Shown: positions 41,001 to 49,160 of the stretch, one piece after another
How the letters are laid out: every line of letters starts with the position of its first letter
How positions within the stretch are numbered: the first letter of the stretch is position 1
IMG/VR virus record: IMGVR_UViG_3300005573_001035
Span: 73,620-137,619 of that record
Strand: one strand, 5' to 3'
Length of the DNA stretch: 64,000 nucleotides
DNA from: a virus
Position numbers and translations under genes: made by a program
Notes under the pieces: generated by a model
The model's input: the letters and a program-made list of their open reading frames with translations, nothing else
Database searches by the model: none
Told to the model about the DNA's origin: nothing

Positions 41001-41666
41001 TGATCCAGGGGGGATAATAGAAACCTCTATACGTGAGGCCTGATCAGTTAGTGGAACCGAAATGCTCCAGAATTCATACGTTTGGATCTTTTCTTCTACT
41101 TGAAACTCATGGACTGTTTCTCGAACCTGTTCCACATCTACTAGGAAATGAAAGTACTTGACTCCAGTCTCTGAATTCGTTGAGTATCTGACAGGAATAG
41201 AATATATTCTATTTTGATCATGGACTTGAATAGATGCCGTATTGTTATTTGTCACGGTAATACGGCAAGAATACATAGAAAGAAACTCAACATTTGATGC
41301 ATAGAATTTATGCTTTTCAGGAATAACGAAACTTATACTACTTCTACTAAACATAAAAGGAACGCTAAATAGAACCTTTGCCCTTGCCTTAGATGCTGGC
41401 TTGGGCGAATAACCAAGTAACAAAGCCAAGTTTCTTATGTTATCCGACGAAAGAGCCTTAGTAAGATAAAATTCTCGATAAGCAGACGTAGAATAAAAAT
41501 TCAGGTTGCTAATAAGAACGGATATTATGTTGGTAAAGTACGCCAGAAAATTTGACTTGACCCAATCAATATTCTCAATTTCGTTCTGTTCTTTAAAGAA
41601 GTCAATTATCTGCTTTCTGATTCTATCTCTAGAAGAATAAACTAATCCATCAATTTTGTTTGCCAA
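38040..41666 (-). CDS. gp6-like baseplate wedge, paralog A, with FN3-like and Kelch-like domains
   Basis: REFYLTKA...NLALLLGYSP, IYFGNSLLGQQP, ASGGEDAE; ISLSWNPVLGASLYKVQVAEDPDF (FN3-like); LLGG/HCGG/ILGG repeats. Confidence 0.78.
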   Translation of the reverse strand: MANKIDGLVYSSRDRIRKQIIDFFKEQNEIENIDWVKSNFLAYFTNIISVLISNLNFYSTSAYREFYLTKALSSDNIRNLALLLGYSPKPASKARAKVLFSVPFMFSRSSISFVIPEKHKFYASNVEFLSMYSCRITVTNNNTASIQVHDQNRIYSIPVRYSTNSETGVKYFHFLVDVEQVRETVHEFQVEEKIQTYEFWSISVPLTDQASRIEVSIIPPGSSTPEIYTEFYSLFLMSPYDRGYVVRRSGNNLKIYFGNSLLGQQPQPGSTVRVTVEETMGSAGNVIAGSIKSCDRIFVQDPVTQELQLLEFSITNPFPASGGEDAELPEITRRQAIDSITELSRLVTNLDFENMPSLLEDFPFSDSYVIAKTTPIHRNSVFCYLSSTCNYVDGTSSDSAWLPLRSVQIDITSKPSSLSQGSQIVALDDNDEYILPFDLSFDYVNGCCEYSYKVTDIEIELSPDSMQNFYPQEYALSVSKIHISRNQDGTVVIDAMYDTTEPTFNQTTATLFVKEWNKTLGSINFAGDKKFTILTPHYSYFPDGNLHFQLSIYLQGTQKLFTYSWDCIITMNLKTMMLSPIISPPPSPSLKDPVYNTQAKTVTLFWDPILDSKSKVSYCIYLSDSTSVSPQNYLSKYENIEETSVTIPLVPLVERYALITSKTPQNGETDLAVTPAQPTRLFLGLGRVENLQASVQVSDGSISLSWNPVLGASLYKVQVAEDPDFQTALNTYFIPDTSYIVRNKVKPQYIRVCAIYGQYIGEYSDTILVDPFQCNNFHLAQLSDMSATVSWQPTSVADGGVFFWLNYYAPQAKDQEDIVSFSLQSAKYAFIEDAGNLASGQETITPSFADPTYYSEIGRGRKQFVLGLSRETIRMVLSQNILVLDLDMLYTKFVHPGIQSSSSWNFTTYNLYTQSKTGTLASSGGTRYGLAATNKTYSDIVLLLGGSSDSSGTVSTTTGQKLNSNYVVSSGYPLLTATTKWAAAQMYSPGTNEIGFHCGGVGGSGTTTLSNISKIGIWSSSTAFGNLCLGARAGHAIACNFDYDSNPSFYILGGVSSVSPNLLYLSTCEKFVNNYTSVQQMGSLSLACITRSMSNRFSSYLLGALTGSSSWTYSYMDEISFATGEIASGLLQLSFLSSSQPYGLGAVSSSQASRSLDKGCGMVRKPVGTSNYVSSVFTIDFSSGSLTQQIADLDIDITGSLNPDACSM

Positions 41667-41809
41667 GTTCTATAACCCCTCTCTCATGTAAGTGAAAAGT
41701 CCTCTTCTCTCCCCTAATTGGAAATCAAAGGGGTGTGTGTTCCCGGTAGAAATATATATAAAGTTCTAGGTCAAAAAAATATACAAAAAATAAATCTTTG
41801 TAAAGAATC

Positions 41810-42466
41810 TTAGACGTTTAGAAGGTAAAGACCAGAAACAGAATCGAATTTTCGATTTAGCTCTGAAACTACAGATTGGTTCTTGTCCATAATAACTAGT
41901 AAAGATTGGGCAATATCCAAAGGATACAACTTTTTAGTGTATTCTAGAAACATGTACACATCAGTAACCTGAGGTTGGATTTGCTCTTCAGTTATACTCT
42001 GTTCTGTTTCCGCCTTTAATTTTGTAAACGTAATGTTGGTTTGGGTAGAACGTTCTACACCAACAACCTTTAACAAGGGATAATTAGCACCTTCTGGTTG
42101 TATTGGATGAATACAGTACGGTTTAACTAGATCAAAAACATAAGGCTCAAATCCAAACTCAGTCGGAATAACAAAACTGGTATCTCCTCCCAGATCTTGG
42201 TATCCACTCTCTTCCGCAGACATCTGGGAATTGGTTTCCTCGATATAAAAAACAGGCACCAATAGGAACTTCTTCCATTTCAATCCTGATAAAGATCCAA
42301 TCCTTTCATATGGCCCTGACATAAGAGACTGGTCTTCCCACACCGTCTTATCTATATCAATATTATAATACGTAACAAAGAAAGGAATGGCATGCTTTGC
42401 ATAGTACTTATAGACTAGATAAAAATATTCTTCTATGTACTTGGAAATTGAATGGTATAGTTGCAA
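41810..42466 (-). CDS. Hypothetical virion structural protein (possibly head-tail joining)
   Basis: 218 aa, within the structural module. Confidence 0.5.
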   Translation of the reverse strand: MQLYHSISKYIEEYFYLVYKYYAKHAIPFFVTYYNIDIDKTVWEDQSLMSGPYERIGSLSGLKWKKFLLVPVFYIEETNSQMSAEESGYQDLGGDTSFVIPTEFGFEPYVFDLVKPYCIHPIQPEGANYPLLKVVGVERSTQTNITFTKLKAETEQSITEEQIQPQVTDVYMFLEYTKKLYPLDIAQSLLVIMDKNQSVVSELNRKFDSVSGLYLLNV

Positions 42467-42505
42467 GTATCCAAGCTCCTTTACATAAAGAAAGAAAGAG
42501 TCTTG

Positions 42506-43090
42506 TTATTTCTTATTGAGTTGGTAAGAAAGTTTCTTAGAGGAAGATACTCCGGTTCCTCTTGAAATTCTTGCGACAACTGGGAGTAATTTCTTCCTAG
42601 ATTTGTCTGCGAATTCCTGAATTACAAGCTTAGAAGATAGAGGAATAGAACTAACATCGAGTTTCGCAGAAAGACCAGAAATATCATAGTTTATCTGGTT
42701 GCTTAGATCATATAAGTACTGGAGAACAAACTTGCCTTGTGGGAAAATTAAACTAACTCCCTTCACTTTGTATGAAACTGGGTCAACAGCCGGTCTCCAT
42801 CTGTTAGGTATGGTATGCATTACGTCAAATCTATCTACTAATTGCATATCCTTTTGAGTAATCGCATAATCTATTAAGCCTGAGTGAGCAACAATGGGAT
42901 TTACTATCAAGAGGCTACAGTAATAATAATTTGGGGAAGAAGATTGGCGACCGAGGACAGAAAGCGCTAAGGATCGTTCCTCTTGAGGGATAAACATTAT
43001 TAACCTAGAAGCTACAACCTTCTTCTTAAAAAAGCCTTTTTGAATTTTTAGAAGAAAGATTCCGACCTCATCTATGTAAGTGGTTGCCAT
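42506..43090 (-). CDS. Hypothetical protein
   Basis: 194-aa ORF with GGAGG SD. Confidence 0.65.
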   Translation of the reverse strand: MATTYIDEVGIFLLKIQKGFFKKKVVASRLIMFIPQEERSLALSVLGRQSSSPNYYYCSLLIVNPIVAHSGLIDYAITQKDMQLVDRFDVMHTIPNRWRPAVDPVSYKVKGVSLIFPQGKFVLQYLYDLSNQINYDISGLSAKLDVSSIPLSSKLVIQEFADKSRKKLLPVVARISRGTGVSSSKKLSYQLNKK

Positions 43091-43117
43091 TGATGTATTT
43101 TTCCTCCGCTTACTTCT

Positions 43118-43558
43118 TTAAATTGTACCTTGCCTAATGAAATTAAAATAAGATTCCTCGGTAATAGCCACCTTTAGATCTTTAACTTGCTTTCTGTATT
43201 CCACCGTTATGGTCACAATGAAACCTTTCCGGTTAGGCAGATAAGAAATATCAATCTTAGAAATATTAGCCCTAGAATCGAAAGCCAGAAGAGAGTACTT
43301 AATTTCTTCTTCAATGGCTGAGCGAGTATCATCATCTGCTGGTTCAAATAGATATTTGTAAAGATTCGATCCAAAACTAGGATCAAATAGGTACGTCCCC
43401 CTAGGGACAATTAATATGTTGCTCCATGAGGATAAGATGACATCTAGATCATTTATCTTTCTAAAGTCTCCAGATGGAGAAATCTGGTGAACATAGTCAA
43501 CGAGAATATCTTTACGACCAGCAACATTCTTTCTGAATCGATCTAGGTCTTTAATCAT
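43118..43558 (-). CDS. Baseplate wedge gp25-like protein
   Basis: NILIVPRGTYLFDPSFGSNLYKYLFEP...FDSR. Confidence 0.88.
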   Translation of the reverse strand: MIKDLDRFRKNVAGRKDILVDYVHQISPSGDFRKINDLDVILSSWSNILIVPRGTYLFDPSFGSNLYKYLFEPADDDTRSAIEEEIKYSLLAFDSRANISKIDISYLPNRKGFIVTITVEYRKQVKDLKVAITEESYFNFIRQGTI

Positions 43559-43629
43559 GTTTGGTTCTTACTTTATGCCCTCTCTCTATCTTTTCTCAGA
43601 TTGAGATTTTTGTATTTGCTTTCTAGTAT

Positions 43630-43875
43630 CTATGATGATAGACCCAATCTTTTGTACTTAAGATTAGAAGAGTCACTCAAAGCTTTTAGTTCTGCCTTTT
43701 CTCGTTCTTCGTCCAGCTTTACTTTCAATTGCAGGATATCGTAGAATCTCTTAACTGGCATTGCCATAATATCTTCGTAAGGTTGATGAAGGAGCTCCAT
43801 CATTGCAAAGATATTCTCATTGAGAACTTTCAGGTAACTCATCACGGGGTTCACTTTCTTCGAGCCCCGACCCAA
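43630..43875 (-). CDS. Small tail/baseplate assembly chaperone C-terminal-type ORF (possible frameshift extension of the upstream gene)
   Basis: ENIFAMMELLHQPYEDIMAMPVKRF pattern; overlaps the upstream gene in the +1 frame; no clear SD. Confidence 0.6.
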   Translation of the reverse strand: MGRGSKKVNPVMSYLKVLNENIFAMMELLHQPYEDIMAMPVKRFYDILQLKVKLDEEREKAELKALSDSSNLKYKRLGLSS

Positions 43876-44695
43876 ATACCATCCGAAAAAACTGTGAGAC
43901 TAGATCAATATTCGATACTTGGATTTCCCCACAAGCTACACACTTGCTCCTAAATTTTAATTCGATTCCATACTTACCAAATTCATCCTTGTATTTATTA
44001 AAGATAAGTTTTCTATCAGGACTGGGCAAAGAAATGTAAGCAGAAATAATATCTTCCCTTGCTGTGTACTCATCCGTGGATCCAGAATCCAAAGTCTCCA
44101 CGATTTTCTCTATAACAAGGGTTTCCGTTACTAGGTCTTCCATCATTTTATCAGGATAAGCATAATTCTTGGTTGCGTCTTCTTCCATGAAAATAGTTGG
44201 TTGTCTAAGAACGACAGTTATATTTGGACTGCTCGTTAATTGAACAGAAACCCTCTTTTGTAAGATACTCATCCCAGCCGCTTCAACAGGCTGGCCTACC
44301 TTAACATTCTCATTGTAAGGAGTCACAGAAAAGGCCTCAGCCAAATTAACAGAAACCGAATAATCTTTCCCGCAAGAAGTACAAGTTAGGTCATAGTTCC
44401 TAATATCTCCATACGTCACATGATACAAACCATATAGAAGAGCATCTCGATCTTTCAAGGTAACGTTCTTCGTAAAAGCCGAGTAATCTCGAATATGATC
44501 TGGTTTCCTAACAATGCAATCCCAAAGAGTTCGGTTTAGAACTTCTACAAGTCGGTTTGGAAGTTTAAAACTTCCTTTTAATCTCTCTTCATCCTGGACC
44601 GTCATTGTCCTCACTGAGAAAGTTTGAAGAGTTTGAGGAACAATGACATCATATTCTGGATATACAAGAGTTCTAAATCCTTTAAATAGCGGCAT
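43817..44695 (-). CDS. Baseplate hub assembly protein, gp26-like
   Basis: VRTMTVQDE, DRDALLY, two CxxC pairs (CTSC, CVAC), C-terminal ...SQFF. Confidence 0.75.
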   Translation of the reverse strand: MPLFKGFRTLVYPEYDVIVPQTLQTFSVRTMTVQDEERLKGSFKLPNRLVEVLNRTLWDCIVRKPDHIRDYSAFTKNVTLKDRDALLYGLYHVTYGDIRNYDLTCTSCGKDYSVSVNLAEAFSVTPYNENVKVGQPVEAAGMSILQKRVSVQLTSSPNITVVLRQPTIFMEEDATKNYAYPDKMMEDLVTETLVIEKIVETLDSGSTDEYTAREDIISAYISLPSPDRKLIFNKYKDEFGKYGIELKFRSKCVACGEIQVSNIDLVSQFFRMVFGSGLEESEPRDELPESSQ

Positions 44696-44763
44696 TTTTC
44701 TAGTTTCTCCTTTCTTCTTTATACAAAAATCGAAAAAAGAATCATCGTTTTTTGTTCACACAG

Positions 44764-46029
44764 TTATTTCTTCTTTGATTTTGTTTTGGCTCGCCTAGCT
44801 TTATAGCCAGCAACTCGGCCCATAGAAGCACAGAAGGCCCAGGGATCGGACACTTTGTCTTTCATTTTACTGACACAGGTTCGAATCTTTCTTTTTCTAC
44901 CTCTAGTCATTGTCATAAAGGCTTTCTTTACACTTTTCTTAGTCCACCCTCTAGGGAGACTCGACCAAGCTTTACTTTTCGCCTCTAGAACTTGAGACTC
45001 GCTTATCTCTTCTCCTTCCTCTTCCTTCGAAGCACCAGAAATCATATTCAGTAAGAATCGAAGCTTATCTTCAAGTCTTCTTCTTCTCGCCATCAGCATA
45101 TGGGCGCATGGACGAGGAAGGTCTGATCCAGAACATAAAGACTCAGTTTTATTCAAGTAAGAAATCTTCTTTAATTGAATACTAATATGTGCCTTTAAGA
45201 TACATTCTGCTAGTGCATCTTCATCCTCTCCCGCAGACTCCTGGCAGGATCGATATAAGGGTTCAAGTTTAGAATCTAGTTCTTGGTAGCATTTGTAAAG
45301 AATAATTGTAAGAAGTGTTTGATAAGGAATCTTATCAGGATTCTTAATTAATAGAACCTTATCCGCTACGGTTTCAAAAGAATTGGAAAAAGATTCAGAC
45401 TTTATTCCGCTTTCAAACACTTCTTTGTTACCATCAATTATAGAACTTATTGTTTCTAGCAATGTTTTTCGATACTTCTTTAAAGCCGCAATTGATTCTG
45501 CTAGCTCAGACAGAGACTTTCTATACTTCTGGTCAGAAAGAACTTTCTTATCTTTTGACCTAAGTTTCCTAAACTGGTCTAGCAATCTTTCTTCTTCCCG
45601 AAGAGCTAAGCCTAGTTCCATGAACAAAGTGGCTTTGCTAAGCTTAAATCCGCCACCTAGTTTAACTTTTGAGAAGTTCATAGACTCGGAAAGAAACTTC
45701 TTGCTCGTGCTTGCTCCATGTAAGCAGACCAAGTTTTCTCGTAGATTTAAGCTAGTTTTCTGGCCTATAACTTTTGAGTGTGCCTTAATAAAAGACTTAA
45801 ATTTTTGCAAGATAGCTTCCTGCAACATATAAGATTCAGATAGAAAATCGATTGGAACTGGAATCTTCTTTCTACTCATAAGATAGTAAAGAATCTCAGC
45901 ATCAGATGCATCTTCCAAAATGTACTTCTTCGCTTGTGGGTTCTTTGTTATATTAGAAAGAACAGATCTTGCCGTTACTAGAAATCGAATCGTTTCCTGA
46001 ATTTTTTGCTTAGGACTTGTAGAACTCAT
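44764..46029 (-). CDS. Paralog array member 6 (divergent; extra C-terminal Cys/Trp motif)
   Basis: SDAEILYYLM N-motif; C-x13-C-x22-C-x8-C; tail WSSLPRGW...CVSKM...WAFC. Confidence 0.75.
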   Translation of the reverse strand: MSSTSPKQKIQETIRFLVTARSVLSNITKNPQAKKYILEDASDAEILYYLMSRKKIPVPIDFLSESYMLQEAILQKFKSFIKAHSKVIGQKTSLNLRENLVCLHGASTSKKFLSESMNFSKVKLGGGFKLSKATLFMELGLALREEERLLDQFRKLRSKDKKVLSDQKYRKSLSELAESIAALKKYRKTLLETISSIIDGNKEVFESGIKSESFSNSFETVADKVLLIKNPDKIPYQTLLTIILYKCYQELDSKLEPLYRSCQESAGEDEDALAECILKAHISIQLKKISYLNKTESLCSGSDLPRPCAHMLMARRRRLEDKLRFLLNMISGASKEEEGEEISESQVLEAKSKAWSSLPRGWTKKSVKKAFMTMTRGRKRKIRTCVSKMKDKVSDPWAFCASMGRVAGYKARRAKTKSKKK

Positions 46030-46075
46030 AGCTTTGTTTCCTCTCTTTCTTTAGTAAGAAGTAACTGGAAAATAG

Positions 46076-47092
46076 TTACATTCCAGTTTGTATACGAATC
46101 TTATCTAATTGGAGCCTTGTTGCAGTTAGTTTCTTCATGGTTGAAACTATTTCTTTCTGAATCTTTGTTGAGCATGCGCTGGGATCTTTGGCTTTGGTAC
46201 ATTTAGGTAGCGAAGATCTAAGAGCATTAACTTGGTCCGTTAAGGCTCTAACTTTATATTCCTTTATGCATCGATCTGGATCTGGGTTAGTCCTACATGC
46301 TTTGGCGGCTTGGGAAAACTTCTTCTCGTAGACATATTTTGCTATCTTCACAATAGCCGCAGCAACAGGTAGAGCAATTCCAACAGTTGTAAGTGTAGAA
46401 AGCGCTCCCCCTAAAGCCCCTACTGAAGCTCCAGAACCAACCAAAGCTTTGGCTAAGCCTCCAAGACCCCAAGCAGTCATTGCTTTTCCTGCGCCAGCCA
46501 TAGCAATTGCACCTGGTTTTTGCTCAGGTGGGGCAGCCGCAGCAGCTAATTTTTGTTGCATTCCTGCCACTTGGGCCTTGAGTAATTGGATCTCCTTTTG
46601 CCCGTTTTGAATTTGTTTCTGTAAATCCTGGATTCTTGTATTAATGGCATCCTTCTCAGCTGGTCTCTTTGCCACTGCTAGCTGAGATTGAAGCTGGTTC
46701 TTTCTTGCCTCAAGTTGTTTAACCTCAGCTTGTTTCTTTTGGATAGCCGTCTGCTCCCGAAGTAATTTCCTAACTATTGGATAATTGCGAGATGAAACCC
46801 CAAACAAAGAGGGTGGAATAAAAGATACCTCTTTTTCTTTTAGTAACTTAGAAAAAGGAGGAGAAAAAGATATAAATGATAGCAGAAATACTTCTTTTAG
46901 AGGTTCATTTTTAGACTTTTTTACTTGATCCAAAGACCCAGTTAAGTAGAATTCAAGAAGTTGTTGGTCTGAACATAAAGCAACGAACTCTCTAATTTTA
47001 GGGTTATGTTTATTCTTAACAAAAAGATACTTTCTTAATCCATACAATATAGCTGTAGTATATAGAAGAGATTTATTATCGGAATGTTCCAT
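46076..47092 (-). CDS. Paralog array member 5
   Basis: SDQQLLEF; LLREQ; coiled coil; Gly/Ala hydrophobic segment; C-x8-C-x22-C-x8-C. Confidence 0.8.
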   Translation of the reverse strand: MEHSDNKSLLYTTAILYGLRKYLFVKNKHNPKIREFVALCSDQQLLEFYLTGSLDQVKKSKNEPLKEVFLLSFISFSPPFSKLLKEKEVSFIPPSLFGVSSRNYPIVRKLLREQTAIQKKQAEVKQLEARKNQLQSQLAVAKRPAEKDAINTRIQDLQKQIQNGQKEIQLLKAQVAGMQQKLAAAAAPPEQKPGAIAMAGAGKAMTAWGLGGLAKALVGSGASVGALGGALSTLTTVGIALPVAAAIVKIAKYVYEKKFSQAAKACRTNPDPDRCIKEYKVRALTDQVNALRSSLPKCTKAKDPSACSTKIQKEIVSTMKKLTATRLQLDKIRIQTGM

Positions 47093-47138
47093 TCTATCTC
47101 TTTGTCTCCCTTATATTTGTAAAAGAAAACTCGCTTTA

Positions 47139-47184
47139 ACAAAAAAAGAAAGGGTAGAAATTCAGATTTTTCTACCCTTTTCTT
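47139..47184 (-). terminator. Intrinsic terminator-like hairpin
   Basis: 12-bp perfect stem AAAGGGTAGAAA/TTTCTACCCTTT followed by a T-run on the minus strand, downstream of the gene ending at 47219. Confidence 0.7.
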
Positions 47185-47218
47185 ACTAAGAAAAAAACAA
47201 ATAAGTGGAAAAAATACT

Positions 47219-48265
47219 TTACATCATTTTTCTCATCTTGTTTCTAATTTCTTTGATCTTAGCCTGAATTCTATTCGCACACTTCTTAGAATTCCTAACC
47301 TTTCCACATATCGCTATGGATCGTCTTAACTGAGCCTCTCTCTTTCTTAAGGCATCCACCTTGTACTTCTTTATGCATATAGATTTCTCTGCGCCCTTCT
47401 TCCTAGAACATGCCTTTGCAGCTTCGCTAAAATAACGATCATATACCTTCTTGCTAGCATAGATAATAAGAGCTGCCAACGCCACTCCCGCAACCATGTA
47501 AGCAGCCGGACCCAAGGACCTAATCTTCGACACAATGTCATCGGGGTTTACTTGGGGAGAATTTCGGACAGCATCAATTATGTCCTCCATACCCTGCCTG
47601 GCCTTAGCGGCATAGTCGGATACCATTTTCGAAATTTCGCTGCTGCTCTTACCCGCCTTAGCGCCTAGATTCGAAATAAACTCTTTAGCACTAGAAACGG
47701 CACTACCAATGCTAGGAAGACCACCCTGTTCAGACAATAACGTCTTCGCATAATTAGCATACTCAATTCCAACACTGGGGTCAAAACTTAAAGATGCTTC
47801 TCGAATAAGCATAGCAGCCAGATCTTTTCGAATCCTCTTTTTAGTTTCGGATAACTTAGTAGGAGTTAAGTTGGGAAGTTTCTTTCCTCTCTTCTGAAAG
47901 AAGACTCTGGCTTCGCTAAGTTTCGAAGACAGACCAAAAGATCTCAAAGGAACCGCTGAGGATATAGTCTGAATAATTTCCTTTTTCTCCTTTCCCATCT
48001 CAGAAGGAAGAATTTGATTCAGAATATGAGATGCTTTCCTTGAGAACTCATCTAAAAGAATCAGCTCCCGAATATAGTTCTTATCATTTGGTACAATCTT
48101 GCCAGTTGTCACCATTTCAAGCAACTGGTAATCAGATAACTCATTTAGGACAAGATTTTGAACTTGTTTCTTTCCTCTTGGAGTTTTTGCTTTTTGTGAA
48201 AGATATGAAGCGAGCTCCTTCCTAACCAAAGTCAATAGAAGAAGATTTTCTTTAATTGCATTCAT
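47219..48265 (-). CDS. Paralog array member 4 (start likely ATG 48265, MNAIKEN)
   Basis: AGGAGG SD before 48265; SDYQLLEMV; LLSEQ; hydrophobic helix; C-x10-C-x22-C-x8-C. Confidence 0.8.
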   Translation of the reverse strand: MNAIKENLLLLTLVRKELASYLSQKAKTPRGKKQVQNLVLNELSDYQLLEMVTTGKIVPNDKNYIRELILLDEFSRKASHILNQILPSEMGKEKKEIIQTISSAVPLRSFGLSSKLSEARVFFQKRGKKLPNLTPTKLSETKKRIRKDLAAMLIREASLSFDPSVGIEYANYAKTLLSEQGGLPSIGSAVSSAKEFISNLGAKAGKSSSEISKMVSDYAAKARQGMEDIIDAVRNSPQVNPDDIVSKIRSLGPAAYMVAGVALAALIIYASKKVYDRYFSEAAKACSRKKGAEKSICIKKYKVDALRKREAQLRRSIAICGKVRNSKKCANRIQAKIKEIRNKMRKMM

Positions 48266-48391
48266 TACTAAATTTACCTCCTTACACATTTGTTAAAAAA
48301 TTCTCTATCTTCAGACAGTTTTTTGTTAAGTTTTTTCTCTTAGTTGTCATGTCCTTTTATCCATTTCTCAGTAAATATTTTGGGGAAATTA

Positions 48392-48582
48392 TCAGTCTGA
48401 GATCAATCCCCCTCTACCAACTACCATCTCTAAGATCTGGTAATCTGTGAGTTCATTAAGAATAGTATCCTGAAGTTTCTTCTTTTTAGTTCTAGCCTTT
48501 GGAAAAGAAGCTATAGATTCCAAAGAACGCTTCTAGCATGAGCTAGTAATAATAAAATTTCCTTATTAACATTAATGTGCAT
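48392..48582 (-). pseudogene. Frameshifted, truncated remnant of the paralog N-terminal domain
   Basis: MHINVNKEILLLLAHARSVL / frameshift / ESIASFPKARTKREKLQDTILNELTDYQILEMVVG*, colinear with the N-terminus of 49145..50341. Confidence 0.8.
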
Positions 48583-48684
48583 TTTAGTTCTTTCCCCTTA
48601 TCTCTTTTTCTTTGCAGGGAACCCGCCTTTCAAAAAGCAGGCTTCCCTCAAGCAAAGTTAAAAATGCTAGTAGGATCTGCCACC

Positions 48685-49160
48685 TTAGAAATTGCCAGAG
48701 AATGGTCTGTTTTCGGCCAATTTTTTGTTAAGTTTGTCTCTTAGTTTAGCTATCCTTTTATCAATTTCTCGGTTACACTTTGGGGGATTGTCAGTTCTCA
48801 CGCATAGTTGTCTTGCTTTCTCAAGATCCTTGATTTGTTTCTGGAGTGTTTCAATCTCGTATTTCCTAACACAGCTTTCATAAGCTCTTTTTGGCAGCCC
48901 CTCGCATTTTGACTTTTCTACAGCTCGAGTGATGCGTTTTACTCTCGAAATAATCCATATAACAAATGTTATATAAGCTGCAAGAGGAATAATATTAAGA
49001 AGTTCCGGATTATGCCTTATCACGTGAAAAACAACATCTATGCCTTGACCAGTTTGTTCTACAAGATCTTTCAGAAAATTGAATACACCCCCAACACCCT
49101 CTTGTTCTGCTAAAAGACTAGCCTCCTGAAGGGAGAAAAGGTCCTCACTTCCTAAAGTTT
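48685..49160 (-). CDS. Paralog array member 3 (C-terminal module only; frame open upstream of the called GTG)
   Basis: Frame is open from 49200: ...SEDLFSLQEASLLAEQEGVGG...; hydrophobic helix; C-x10-C-x22-C-x8-C; true start uncertain. Confidence 0.65.

Noticed and set aside
41667-41809. tRNA/ncRNA in AT-rich intergenic gaps (also 58160-58318)
   Set aside because: No cloverleaf or T-loop consensus seen, only weak hairpins
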